Positions 9,719 to 20,068 of a stretch of 64,000 nucleotides of DNA are shown piece by piece. Made by a program: the position numbers and the translations under genes. This DNA comes from Arcobacter sp. (GTDB lineage: Bacteria; Campylobacterota; Campylobacteria; Campylobacterales; Arcobacteraceae): positions 34,368 to 98,367 of the forward strand of contig PKUJ01000027.1 in the NCBI GenBank assembly GCA_002869565.1, read 5' to 3'. The notes beneath the pieces are model-generated. The model made no database searches. It saw only the letters and a list, made by a program, of their open reading frames with translations, and was not told the origin of the DNA. The first letter of the stretch is position 1. Each line of letters opens with the position of its first letter.

Positions 9719-10414
9719 ATGAAAGAAAAAATATACTTACTTCCAGGACTTATGACAGATGAAAGATTATGGGAAAGATTAATACCATTTTTAAAAGATG
9801 ATTATGAATTAGTTCATGTTGCTCTTCCTATGACAGATGATTTTGATCTTGCAACAAAAGAATTAGAAGAGATTTTTCAAGAAGAAAAAATAAATCTTTT
9901 AGGTTTTTCTTTAGGAGCTTACTTCTCATCATACTTTGCAATTAAAAATCCAAATAGGGTAAATAAACTTTTTTTAGTTTCCGGAACTCCAAGTGAAATG
10001 AAAAAAGATGAAATTGAAAAAAGAAAACAGACTTTAAAACTTATGAATACCCTTGGTTTCAAAGGATTATCTCATCAAAAGACAATTTCATTATTAGAAA
10101 AATCAAATAAAGATGATGAAGAATTAATTAAAATTGTAAAAGATATGTTCTCTGATTGTGGAGAAGAGCTTTATAATATCCAGATGAATTGTACTTTCAA
10201 AAGAAAAGCTTTATATAATGAATTGATTTCTACAGGTTTACCAATCAAACTTTTTTACAGTACAGAAGATAGACTGTTTTCCCATGATTCTTTAGAGTAT
10301 TTTACAGATGAACATAAACATATTACAAAAGTATCAAGAGAAGGTACTAGTCATATGACACCTCTTGAAGTACCAGAAAAGTTGAGTTATGAAATAAAAA
10401 AGTGGATGAGGTAA
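9719..10414 (+). CDS. alpha/beta hydrolase
   Basis: Nucleophile elbow GFSLGA and a C-terminal His region (EGTSHMTPLE). Confidence 0.7.
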   Translation: MKEKIYLLPGLMTDERLWERLIPFLKDDYELVHVALPMTDDFDLATKELEEIFQEEKINLLGFSLGAYFSSYFAIKNPNRVNKLFLVSGTPSEMKKDEIEKRKQTLKLMNTLGFKGLSHQKTISLLEKSNKDDEELIKIVKDMFSDCGEELYNIQMNCTFKRKALYNELISTGLPIKLFYSTEDRLFSHDSLEYFTDEHKHITKVSREGTSHMTPLEVPEKLSYEIKKWMR

Positions 10415-10419
10415 GGATG

Positions 10420-11286
10420 TTAATTACCTCTTCCCAACATCTCCGTTGCCTCTGTAATAATCATAAAACCATCAGGGTCGACTTCTCTTATCATTTGTCT
10501 TAAACGTTGAAGTTTTGTTACTTCTACAACGATTAGTATCATTTTTTTATCTTGACCATCAAATAAACCATCACCTCTTATAATAGTTCCTTCTGGCCCA
10601 AGTTCTTCTCTTATTAGAGTTTTTAGTTCTTCCGTTTTGTGTGTAACTATATATACAACTTTTTTATTTAGGCTTCCTGTTAATATAAAATCAATTACTT
10701 TTGTAGTGATATAAATACTTATAACACTCCATAATACTTTTGCTGTATCCTCTATAATAAAAAGAGATGATAAAACGATTAAAGAGTCAATTATTAATAT
10801 AACTTGACCTGGTTTGATTTCAGTTTTTGAGGAGATGATTTTTGCAAGAATAGTAGAACCTCCTGCCGAAGAGTTGCCTTTGATGACTAGAGCTAATCCA
10901 ACCCCTGTAAATATACCTCCAAATATTGCACTAAGTGAAGTATCAATAATAAATGGTTTGAGTTCAATAATTTGTGCAAAAAAATCGATAAATGAAGAAA
11001 TCATAAGTATAGTAATAATAGTTCTAATAGCAAATATTTTACCTAAGTACTTACTGCCAATTACAAGTAAAGGAAAGTTAACAAGGGCAATTAGTGTTCC
11101 TATTGTCAATGGTGTTACATAGTGAATTAATAAGGCAAGTCCGGCTGTTCCTCCTGTAATCATTTTATTTGGTAGAAAAAAACCAACAACTGCTAAGCTT
11201 AAGATAATTGAACCAATTATCATAAAAGTATAGTTTTTTATTTCATTTTTTGAGAAAAAAGCATTCATAAGTTTCCAATATAGCAA
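10420..11286 (-). CDS. YitT family membrane protein (with C-terminal DUF2179)
   Basis: Five TM segments with GGTAGLAL and GGSTIL motifs, plus a soluble C-terminal domain. Confidence 0.8.
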   Translation of the reverse strand: MLYWKLMNAFFSKNEIKNYTFMIIGSIILSLAVVGFFLPNKMITGGTAGLALLIHYVTPLTIGTLIALVNFPLLVIGSKYLGKIFAIRTIITILMISSFIDFFAQIIELKPFIIDTSLSAIFGGIFTGVGLALVIKGNSSAGGSTILAKIISSKTEIKPGQVILIIDSLIVLSSLFIIEDTAKVLWSVISIYITTKVIDFILTGSLNKKVVYIVTHKTEELKTLIREELGPEGTIIRGDGLFDGQDKKMILIVVEVTKLQRLRQMIREVDPDGFMIITEATEMLGRGN

Positions 11287-11415
11287 ATTTTTTGAGTTTT
11301 CATTTTAACTGTTTATTTGTAATAGAAAGGTTATTTTTTCTAAAATATTTTCTATAATTACTATTTAGATATAATCAAACTTATTTCGTAATGTAAAATT
11401 AAATTAGGCTAGAAC

Positions 11416-12186
11416 TTGAATAAAATTGTAGATATAAATGATCCAAAAATAAAAGAGTTTGTCTCTTTAAAACAATCATCTTTAGATGAAAAGTTTGTTG
11501 TTGTTGAAAGTAAAAATGTTTTTAAAAAACTATTTAATACAAATACAATGATTCATAAAGTATTTACAACAGTTGAAAATCTTGAATTTATAAATGAGCA
11601 CTGTGAAAATATAAATTTCCCAATTTTTACCGCAAACAATGAAATCATGAAGAAAATTGTTGGTCATAAAATTCACCAAGGAATGATGGCTGTAATTGAT
11701 AGACCAGAGTATATATCTTTTGATGAAATAGCAGGAAATGTAGTTGTCTTAAATGGATTGACATCTCCTGAAAATGTAGGTTCTATTGTACGTTCTTGTG
11801 CTGCATTTAATATTAGTACACTTATAATCGATGAAAAAACTTGTTCTCCATTTATTAGAAGATGTATAAGAGTCTCTACTGGAAATATATTTAATATAAA
11901 AGTTTATAAAACAGAAACTTTAGAAGAGGATTTAATAAATCTTAAGAGTAGGGGCTATACTGTCTTATCTACTGCAAATTCACCTGAGGCAATTAGCCTT
12001 TCTAAATATAGTTTTTCAGGAGAATGTGCAGTAGTTATAGGAAGTGAAGGGTATGGAGCGGATGAAGAGATTTTAGAGTTATCTGATACAATTTTGAAAA
12101 TTGATATAGATGAAGAAGTAACGAGTTTAAATGCTGCAATAGCAGCTTCTATTGTTTTGTATCAAATGAAAAATTTAAATATATAA
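11416..12186 (+). CDS. TrmH/SpoU family RNA 2'-O-methyltransferase
   Basis: SpoU motifs (PENVGSIVRSCAAF, VVIGSEGYG, LNAAIAASIVLY). TTG start. Confidence 0.8.
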   Translation: MNKIVDINDPKIKEFVSLKQSSLDEKFVVVESKNVFKKLFNTNTMIHKVFTTVENLEFINEHCENINFPIFTANNEIMKKIVGHKIHQGMMAVIDRPEYISFDEIAGNVVVLNGLTSPENVGSIVRSCAAFNISTLIIDEKTCSPFIRRCIRVSTGNIFNIKVYKTETLEEDLINLKSRGYTVLSTANSPEAISLSKYSFSGECAVVIGSEGYGADEEILELSDTILKIDIDEEVTSLNAAIAASIVLYQMKNLNI

Positions 12187-12187
12187 A

Positions 12188-12218
12188 ATAAGAAGAGAAT
12201 CTTCTCTTCTTATCTTTT
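12188..12218. terminator. bidirectional hairpin
   Basis: ATAAGAAGAGA-atct-TCTCTTCTTAT is a perfect 11-bp stem with a T-run after it. Confidence 0.6.
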
Positions 12219-12224
12219 GAAGTA

Positions 12225-13475
12225 TTAAACTGTTTCTAGTTTATCTTGCTTATCGTTAAAATTATCAATGATAACAGCACAAGCCGCATCCCCTGTGATA
12301 TTTAAAGCAGTTCTAGTCATATCAAAGATTCTATCAAGTGCAAAAAGTAATGGTAATCCTTCAATAGGAATACCTGCTGCAATTAAAACAGCAACTACTA
12401 AAAATGAAGGACCAGGAACTCCTGCTTGTCCAATTGCACCAATAGTTGCAGTAAAAATAATAGCTGCATATCCTGCAAAACCTAGGTCAATATTATAAAC
12501 TTGAGCAAAGAAAATAGCTACAAGACCATAATAAATTGCATTTCCACTCATATTTATTGTTGCTCCTAATGGTAGAACAAAAGATGCTGTAGATTTTGAA
12601 ACTTTTAAATCTTCTTCACAAGTTTTAATGTTAACAGGAAGCGTTGCCATAGAAGAAGCAGTAGATAAAGCTACTATTTGAGGCTTTCTCATAGCTTTTA
12701 AAAAAGTAATAACTGGTGTTTTTGAAAATAGTTTGATAATAAGTGGATAAAATATAAATCCATAAACTAATAAAACTCCAATATATACAATAAATAGTTT
12801 TGTAACAAGGCTTAACATATCAAAACCATATGTTCCAACTGATTCTGCCATAAGTCCAAATACACCTATTGGTGCTATTAGCATTACTACTGTTACCATC
12901 CAAATTAGTGCTTGAATCATAGCTTCTAAACCATTTAATAATGGAGCACTTTTTTCTTTTGGTATTTTAGAAATTGCAATTCCAAAAAATAGACAGAATA
13001 CTAAAACTTGCAGTATATTTGCATCTACAAGTGATTGGAATACATTTGTTGGAATCATTCCTATAATAGTATCCATTGCACCTGGTAAAGCACCTTTATC
13101 AGCATATTGGTTAGAGAACATATGTGTAACACTACTTAAATCAAGACCAACACCTGGTTTAAATATTTCACCTGCAAATAGTGCTAATGCAACTGCAATT
13201 GCTGAAGTAGCTAGAAAAAAGAATATTGTTCCTATTCCAACTTTTCCTGCGCTAGGACCATCGCTAAGATTAGCAGCTCCAGAAATGATAGAAATTACGA
13301 TTAAAGGAATTACTAACATTTTGATTAAATGAATAAATATTGTACCTAATGGTGCAAAAACAGTTGCCTCTTTTCCCATAAAAAAACCTACAGCCGTACC
13401 AAGAATCATTGCAATAATGATTTGTACTCCTATGTTCTTTAAAAATGATTTCTTTTTCATTGAATATCCTTTCAT
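12225..13475 (-). CDS. dicarboxylate/amino acid:cation symporter (DAACS family)
   Basis: 416 aa with conserved DAACS blocks (STASSMATLP, PLGATINMSGNA, DRIFDMTRTALNITGD). Confidence 0.85.
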   Translation of the reverse strand: MKGYSMKKKSFLKNIGVQIIIAMILGTAVGFFMGKEATVFAPLGTIFIHLIKMLVIPLIVISIISGAANLSDGPSAGKVGIGTIFFFLATSAIAVALALFAGEIFKPGVGLDLSSVTHMFSNQYADKGALPGAMDTIIGMIPTNVFQSLVDANILQVLVFCLFFGIAISKIPKEKSAPLLNGLEAMIQALIWMVTVVMLIAPIGVFGLMAESVGTYGFDMLSLVTKLFIVYIGVLLVYGFIFYPLIIKLFSKTPVITFLKAMRKPQIVALSTASSMATLPVNIKTCEEDLKVSKSTASFVLPLGATINMSGNAIYYGLVAIFFAQVYNIDLGFAGYAAIIFTATIGAIGQAGVPGPSFLVVAVLIAAGIPIEGLPLLFALDRIFDMTRTALNITGDAACAVIIDNFNDKQDKLETV

Positions 13476-13644
13476 ATACTTAATTTTAATGTTTCAAAGT
13501 GTCTTAAAAGTGTATTTTAGTTTTTTAGATTAATTTTAAATTAATTTTAAGAATCAAATTAATAAATTTTTCTATTATAAAATTTAAAAAAATATGATAA
13601 GATAGAAGAAAGATAATAAATTTAAAAATTATTAAGGATAAAAA

Positions 13645-15291
13645 ATGCCAAATAAAAAAGATTTAACTTTCTACAATTTAAAAGAAAGAAGATGGCTTAC
13701 TAGATTAGATAGAGGCTCTATAGTTGGGCATACTAGTTCAAGTGATACAAAACTTTGGTTTAGATTTAAATCAAAAGGTAAGTATCTTCTTGTGATATCA
13801 AAAAAATCATTGAAAAACAATATTGAAAAAATATCCAAAAAATATGAAGAGGAGCTAGCTTTTCATTGTGCAGTTGAAGTAGAAGTTGATGGAACTAGTG
13901 ATTTTACATGTGTATTAGATACTTTTAATGATGACTCTATCTTAAAATTAGAGGCAGATACTGTTTATTATTATGGTGCATATAATTTAGATGAAGATAC
14001 TTGGGAAATTGGAGTTGAAAATTCTCACTCTTTTAAAACTATGCCTGATAATAAAAGTGACAAATCTTGGGATATTTCCTTTGGTCTTTATAGTTGCCAT
14101 ATGCCTTTTGATCCTAAAAATCCATCTACAACAGATGCAAGTATGTGGGATCTTATGGAAAAAGAGTTAAAGTTTTCAAATGCAAAATTTGTGATTGGAG
14201 GAGGAGATCAAGTATATACTGATGGAGTTGATTATCTAAATATTTGGAATTGGTTGAAAAAAATTAAAGATGATAATCCAACAGTGAAAGATATGTATTC
14301 TTGGTATAGAGATATTTATAGAGGTTATTGGGGTTTTCCTGGAGTGAAAGCTGTGCATAGACAGTTTCCTCATTATATGATGTGGGATGACCATGAGATA
14401 ATGGATGGTTGGGGCTCGTATACAAAAAAAGAGTTATCAAATCAACTAGATACTATTTTTGAATGGGAAAATGAATAAAAAAATTTGAAACTTGCAAATC
14501 ATATGTTCAAAGCTGCAACACATGTGTATAAAGAGTATCAGCATAGTCATAATCCAGTAAGAGAAGATGTAAAAGATTGTTATGATTATGATTTTAATAC
14601 TTGTGGAAGTGATTTTTTTGCATTGGATATGAGGGCGAAGAGAGATTTTGATAATGACTATACAATTTTAGGTAAAAAACAAATATCAAGATTTAAAACA
14701 TGGGCAAAAGAACTTGAAAATTCAAATAATAAAGGTCCTATATTTGTCTTATCTACAGTTACAATGGTTCATTTAAAAGATTTTGTAAGTAATCTATTTG
14801 ATTGGGTTGGAGTATTTGGTGCAAGAGATGATGTAAGAGATCACTGGGCACATGAAAAACATGGTAAAGAGTTTTTAAAAATGCTAAATACTATTTTCAA
14901 AACTTCACATAATACAAATCGACCATTAGTAGTGTTAAGTGGTGATGTGCATATTGGAGGTGTTTTTAAACTTTTTAGTGATAATCCAAAATATAAGAAT
15001 GCTAATGTAACACAATTAACATCTAGTGCTATTACTTATGCAGCATTGGGTCCCATGAAAATGAATCTTCTTGCAAAGGCCACAGTAGAAAAAGGGCTTA
15101 TTGGTAAACAAACTAAAAAAGGAGCTACTTTTAGTTTTAAAAGAGAAGTACTTTTCCCTCAATACAATTTTTCTATAATAAATTATAAAACAGATGAAGA
15201 AAAAACAACAGAGATAAATATTGAATTAATAGGTAAATCTGATGACAATAGAGTTAAAGAGAGTGTAAGACTTAACTTATTAGACTTATAA
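13645..15291 (+). pseudogene. PhoD-like metallophosphatase split by a single in-frame TAA
   Basis: The two listed ORFs (13645..14478 and 14485..15291) are in the same frame, separated only by a TAA at 14476-14478. Motifs GGGDQVYTDG and WDDHEIMDGWG are in the first half; SGDVHIGG is in the second. Confidence 0.75.
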
Positions 15292-15303
15292 ATTTTTATG
15301 GTA

Positions 15304-15324
15304 GGCTAGATTTAATATCTAGCC
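15304..15324. terminator. short hairpin between convergent genes
   Basis: GGCTAGA-tttaata-TCTAGCC. The stem overlaps the ppiC-like stop codon. Confidence 0.35.
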
Positions 15325-15593
15325 ATTATCTCTATTAGATGAAATCCAAATTCAGTTTTAATTGGTCCATGAATTTTATGTAAATCTTCTGTGAAAACTA
15401 TTGTGTCAAACTCTTTTACCATTTCACCTTTTTAAAATGTTCCTAAATTCCCACCATTTTTTCCAGAAGGACATTTAGAAAACTTTTTAGCAGCTTTTTC
15501 AAAAGTGATTTCTTTTTTTATAATTTCTTTTTTTAATTTTTTAGCTAAACCTTCATGTTTTAATAAAATATGTCGTGCTGTTGCTTTTGCCAT
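15312..15593 (-). pseudogene. ppiC: parvulin-type peptidyl-prolyl isomerase PpiC with an in-frame TAA
   Basis: The reverse strand reads MAKATARHILLKHEGLAKKLKKEIIKKEITFEKAAKKFSKCPSGKNGGNLGTF*KGEMVKEFDTIVF...GPIKTEFGFHLIEIMARY. It is colinear with E. coli PpiC. The stop lies at 15432-15434, where PpiC has R/K. Confidence 0.8.
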
Positions 15594-15887
15594 GAGAATC
15601 CTTTAAATGCTACTATTATATCTTTCTATTTCTTTAACTGTCACAATAATTGTATGAACTAATTTTTCACTTAAAAGCTGAATAGATATATAACATTTCT
15701 TTTATGCCATTTTAAAATTGATTTGATAGTATATATAAGAAGTATTTATACTTTGTGCAGATTTTATTTTTAGATGATATAATAATTTATAAATGTATAA
15801 TGAGATAAATAAAGATTACAAAAAAAGAACAAGTTATGGACATACAAAAAGTATGCGTATCAATAGGTATATATATAGGAACATTTT

Positions 15888-16454
15888 ATGAACAAATATT
15901 TTTTAATTTTACTATTGCCATATTTTATTTTTGCTAAACCAGTTATTAATAGTAAAATTGAGCATTATGATATTTATCCTGAGTCAAAGAATGATTTGAG
16001 AAGAGCACTTTTTGCTAAAACACCTATAATTATTAATGGAAAAAAATATTTAGGTGTAACTAGGTGGGAAATTTATTTAGAATATGAAATTTTAAAAAAG
16101 AAACATACTTGCGAAGCTTTAAATTTAAAAACTATTGCAAATATTATAATAATTTTGCCTAATATATCGAAAGAACAAAAAGTCTCATATAATACAAAAA
16201 GTAGTTTTAGAAGATTTTACAATAAGGTAAAAAAACATGAGCAAAAACATAAACAATATATAATAAGTGCTACTAAAAAGATTGATAAAAAGATTCAAAG
16301 AATAAGAATCCAATCTAATTGTGAAAAATTAAAAATGAGATTTGAAAGAAATTTGAAAAAAATTATTACTAAATACAACAAAAAGAATGAGATATTTGAT
16401 ATAAAGGCAAAAAAAGAACATAATCCTAATTCAGACTTAGATAGTTATCTTTGA
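15888..16454 (+). CDS. secreted DUF922-like putative Zn-protease
   Basis: Has a signal peptide and an HExxH motif (HEQKH). It is a paralogue of the next gene. Confidence 0.5.
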   Translation: MNKYFLILLLPYFIFAKPVINSKIEHYDIYPESKNDLRRALFAKTPIIINGKKYLGVTRWEIYLEYEILKKKHTCEALNLKTIANIIIILPNISKEQKVSYNTKSSFRRFYNKVKKHEQKHKQYIISATKKIDKKIQRIRIQSNCEKLKMRFERNLKKIITKYNKKNEIFDIKAKKEHNPNSDLDSYL

Positions 16455-16514
16455 TATGTTGAAAAATTAAATAAATTTAGTTATAATTATTAAAATTATT
16501 AAATAAGGAAAATT

Positions 16515-17069
16515 ATGAAAAAAATAGTTCTATTAAGTCTATTCATTTTGCTACCACTGAGTATTTTTGCTAAGGTAAATGTTGAAAAAAATATTGTATA
16601 TTATAATATTAATCCAAAATAAAAAAAAGATTTAAGTAATGAAATGTTGAGAAAAAGTCCTGCAAAAACTGAGGGAAGAAAACTTTATGGTGTTACTAAG
16701 TGGAAAATAAACACTAGCTATGAATTTAAAGGAAAATGTAGGGTTACTAAAGCGCATGTCGATTTAAGTATAAGTACTTTATTGCCTAGGTTAACTCCAA
16801 AGATGAGTATTAAGTTTAGTGTAAAAAGTCCTTTTAGAAAGTTTGAGAGTAAGCTTATTTCATATCAAAAAAAACACGAAAAATATGCAAAACAAGCTGC
16901 TCAAGAAATTGAAAAAAAACTTTTATCGTATGGTTCACCAAAAGATTGTGATAAAGCTAGAAAGATTATGCGAATTGATATAAATAATATTATAGAAAAG
17001 TATAAGATGAAAAGTAAAGTATATGATAAAAAAACAGATTATGGACGAACAAAAGGTGTTAAAATATAA
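16515..17069 (+). pseudogene. DUF922-like paralogue interrupted by an in-frame TAA
   Basis: The signal-peptide ORF (MKKIVLLSLFILLPLSIFAKVN...NPK) and ORF 16644..17069 share one frame, joined through a TAA at 16620-16622. Aligns with the upstream copy (YGVTKWKI versus LGVTRWEI). The HExxH is degraded to HEKYA. Confidence 0.6.
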
Positions 17070-17089
17070 ACAATAATTAGGAGACTAAA

Positions 17090-18205
17090 GTGTTAAAACC
17101 TTTTATGTGGATTTTATTTTTCTTCCCGTACTTTCTATTTTCACAAACAGTATTAAAATTTTCTAGTGAAGATATGAATATTCAAGTTGAAAAATTGGCT
17201 TCAGGTTTGGGTGTTCCTTGGGGTATGACTTTTATTTCTGATGGAAAGCTTCTTTTGAGTTTGAAAGATGGAAGAATTAAAACTTTAGATATCGCTACTA
17301 AAGATATAGAAGATGTTTTAAATGCTCCTGATGTTTTATATGATGGACAGGGTGGTTTACTTGATGTACAAAGCTCTCCAACTTTTAAGAAAAATAAGTT
17401 ACTTTATTTTACATATGTTAAAGATATAAAAGGTAAAGGTGTTACTACTTTATCTCAGGCTAGATTTGAAGAGAATAGATTATCTGATTGGAAAGATTTA
17501 TTAGTTACTAAATCTGCTAGTGATACTACAAGACATTTTGGTAGTAGAATAACATTTGATGAAGAAGGGCATATATATTTTTCAGTTGGTGAGAGAGGTG
17601 TTAGAGCAAACGGGCAAGATTTATCTACTCATGCAGGCTCAATTTTACGATTAAATATAGATGGTACAATTCCAAAAGGCAATCCTTTTATAAGTGAAAA
17701 AGGAAAATTATCAGAGATTTATTCATATGGACATAGAAATCCACAAGGCCTTTTTTATGATAAAATAAATAAAAACTTATGGAGTATAGAACATGGTCCA
17801 AGAGGTGGCGATGAAATTAACTTAATCTTAAAAGGTGCAAATTATGGTTGGCCTATAGCTTCCTATGGTAAAGAGTATTGGAATCCATTATATGTGGGAG
17901 ACTTTAGAGAAAAAGAGGGAATAACAAATCCTACAAAAGTGTATATTCCCTCTATAGCACCTAGTTCTTTAATAGTTTATGATAGTAATACTTTTGCAAA
18001 TTGGAAAGGTAATATCTTCTCAGGTGCTTTAAAACTAAGACATTTAAATCGTATAGTCTTAGACAAATATAATAATGTAATAAAAGAAGAAAGATTATTG
18101 CAAGAACTAGGAGAAAGAATAAGAAATGTTATTCAATCTCCAAAAGGTAACTTATATATATCTACTGATAGTGGAAATATATATAGATTAGTACCTTTTA
18201 AGTAA
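17090..18205 (+). CDS. PQQ-dependent soluble sugar (glucose/sorbosone) dehydrogenase
   Basis: Has a signal peptide and beta-propeller motifs (GGLLDV, GSRITFDEEGHIYFSVGERG, YSYGHRNPQGL, HGPRGGDE). GTG start. Confidence 0.8.
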   Translation: MLKPFMWILFFFPYFLFSQTVLKFSSEDMNIQVEKLASGLGVPWGMTFISDGKLLLSLKDGRIKTLDIATKDIEDVLNAPDVLYDGQGGLLDVQSSPTFKKNKLLYFTYVKDIKGKGVTTLSQARFEENRLSDWKDLLVTKSASDTTRHFGSRITFDEEGHIYFSVGERGVRANGQDLSTHAGSILRLNIDGTIPKGNPFISEKGKLSEIYSYGHRNPQGLFYDKINKNLWSIEHGPRGGDEINLILKGANYGWPIASYGKEYWNPLYVGDFREKEGITNPTKVYIPSIAPSSLIVYDSNTFANWKGNIFSGALKLRHLNRIVLDKYNNVIKEERLLQELGERIRNVIQSPKGNLYISTDSGNIYRLVPFK

Positions 18206-18210
18206 ATATT

Positions 18211-18441
18211 TTATTTAGATTCTTGTAAGTTCTTTGGCGTGCACTTTTTACTAACAATACATAATGGACAAAAATCAGCTAATCCTGCAAGTAAAGGTAT
18301 TACTCCTAAATAAAACCAATTAATTCCAGTGAAAAAACCAGCAGCAATCAAAACTAATCCAATAACAATTCTAAATGGTCTACAAAAACTTCTAATCTTA
18401 TCAAACGTATTCATTATAATTTCCCCTAATGACTTTTTCAT
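18211..18441 (-). CDS. DUF2892 (YgaP-like) small membrane protein
   Basis: 76 aa with two TM segments and the FCPLC motif typical of DUF2892. Confidence 0.6.
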   Translation of the reverse strand: MKKSLGEIIMNTFDKIRSFCRPFRIVIGLVLIAAGFFTGINWFYLGVIPLLAGLADFCPLCIVSKKCTPKNLQESK

Positions 18442-18581
18442 AATTATAACTTATAAAACTTAGACTTATTTTAATAAAAAAAGTTAAGAAAAACTTATAT
18501 TTCTTTATTTTGTATTTTTATTGCTACTGTTACAAGTTATAATTTTGGAAAATTATAATTAGCTTGTTTAGGGGTTTATAA

Positions 18582-18869
18582 ATGAAAAAAGAAGATATAA
18601 AAAAAGAGTTTGCAAAAGTAATTTTAAATGCGAAAATTTCTGCTGCAATCTTTTTTATATTGTTAACACCAAGTTTAGTAATGGTTCTAAAAGATAGAAC
18701 TGAAGTTTTTGGTATGGATCAAGATTTTTGGTTTAGAGCTGGTATTGCTGGATTTGTTATATATATGGGATTTACTATATTTTTATGGAAATGTCCTAGT
18801 TGTGGAAAATTTCCAGGTCGAGGATGGTTTAGAAAAGAATGTGATAATTGTGGAGTGGAGTTAAGTTAG
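18582..18869 (+). CDS. small membrane protein with C-terminal zinc-ribbon
   Basis: Two TM segments followed by CPSCGK...CDNCG. Confidence 0.45.
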   Translation: MKKEDIKKEFAKVILNAKISAAIFFILLTPSLVMVLKDRTEVFGMDQDFWFRAGIAGFVIYMGFTIFLWKCPSCGKFPGRGWFRKECDNCGVELS

Positions 18870-18881
18870 ACTCCACTTTTT
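18854..18881. terminator. hairpin terminator between convergent genes
   Basis: AGTGGAGT-taagttag-ACTCCACT followed by TTTT. Confidence 0.6.
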
Positions 18882-19566
18882 AAAACTCTATTTTTTTATA
18901 TATATTAATCTCTTGATGATTTATGTCTGATTGGTATACTAATACTTCAACACCTTTTTTTCTAGCTTCTAAAAAAGCTTTATAATACTTTTTATCAATT
19001 TCATTTGCTAATCTAAAATTTACTTTGTCTGTTCTTTGTATTATATATAACATAACTGCTCTATGTCCTTCTTCTACCATAGAGACTAATTCATTTAAGT
19101 GTTTTGTTCCTCTTAATGTAACTGCATCAGGAAAGGCTAATTCATCTTCTATTCTAAGACTTACACTTTTTATTTCCACATAACATTTTTCATTTTCATT
19201 TTCTAATAAAATATCAATTCTGCTATTTATTCCATATTTTTGTTCAGGTTTTATTGAAGAGTAGCCTTGTAGTTCTTTTATAGTGCCGTTGTTAATTGCT
19301 TCAATACCTATTTTATTTGCAACTCCTGTATTTGTGCAGATTAGATATTCTTGCATTTGTGTTAGTTCTAGGGTATATTTTAATTTTCTTTTTGGATTAT
19401 CATGGAAACTAACCCAAACAGAACAGTTTTCTTCTATACATGAAGTCATGGCTCCACTATTTGGCACATGGGCTGTTATCTCTTGCCCATCTTCTAAAAT
19501 AATATCTGCCAAAAATCTTTTATATCTTTTTATTAACTTTCCTTTGAATAGTTCTGGAAATTTCAT
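18880..19566 (-). CDS. sfsA: sugar fermentation stimulation protein SfsA
   Basis: N-terminus KGKLIKRYKRFLADI and conserved blocks along the whole 228 aa. Confidence 0.85.
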   Translation of the reverse strand: MKFPELFKGKLIKRYKRFLADIILEDGQEITAHVPNSGAMTSCIEENCSVWVSFHDNPKRKLKYTLELTQMQEYLICTNTGVANKIGIEAINNGTIKELQGYSSIKPEQKYGINSRIDILLENENEKCYVEIKSVSLRIEDELAFPDAVTLRGTKHLNELVSMVEEGHRAVMLYIIQRTDKVNFRLANEIDKKYYKAFLEARKKGVEVLVYQSDINHQEINIYKKIEF

Positions 19567-19662
19567 TTATTGAATCCTTTATATATTGTAGTAGTGTTAT
19601 AGCTTATTTATACTTGCAATTTTTTTAATAAAAGTTGGAATAGTTTTTGCATATATAAGATT

Positions 19663-20067
19663 ATGAAAAATATAAAAGAATTCGAAAACGAAAAACATTT
19701 ACTTAAAAATGATACTATGGATACTCTTCACCAAGAGTTTCTAGATATTTATAACAGTGTTGATATCTCTTCTTATGAGAGTTTTATCCAAAAGCTTATT
19801 CAACTTAAAGAACATAGTAGAGTTCATTTTGCTAAAGAAGAAGAGCTCATGGATGAGTTTAACTATCCAACTGCTAGAGAACATAAAGATGAACATGCAA
19901 AGGTTTTAGCTGAACTTAACTATTTTATTAATAATGCCGTTTCATCTTTTGGTAAAAAGATGTTAAAAGCTTACTATATAGAAAAACTTCCTGATTGGTT
20001 TGATTTACATCTTTTAAGTATGGACAGTGATTTAGCCGCATATCTCAATAAAAGTAAAGCTTCTTAA
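19663..20067 (+). CDS. hemerythrin-like metal-binding protein
   Basis: H / HxxxE / H..H / HxxxxD ligand pattern (LHQEF, HFAKEEELM, EHKDEHAKV, HLLSMDSD). Confidence 0.8.
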   Translation: MKNIKEFENEKHLLKNDTMDTLHQEFLDIYNSVDISSYESFIQKLIQLKEHSRVHFAKEEELMDEFNYPTAREHKDEHAKVLAELNYFINNAVSSFGKKMLKAYYIEKLPDWFDLHLLSMDSDLAAYLNKSKAS

Positions 20068-20068
20068 T

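Noticed and set aside
4179-16622. The idea that the in-frame TAA codons reflect a reassigned stop codon or alternative genetic code.
   Set aside because: TAA is used as the ordinary terminator of most well-supported genes in this window, with protein ends matching family C-termini. Global recoding is therefore not tenable. Pseudogenisation or sequence error is more parsimonious.
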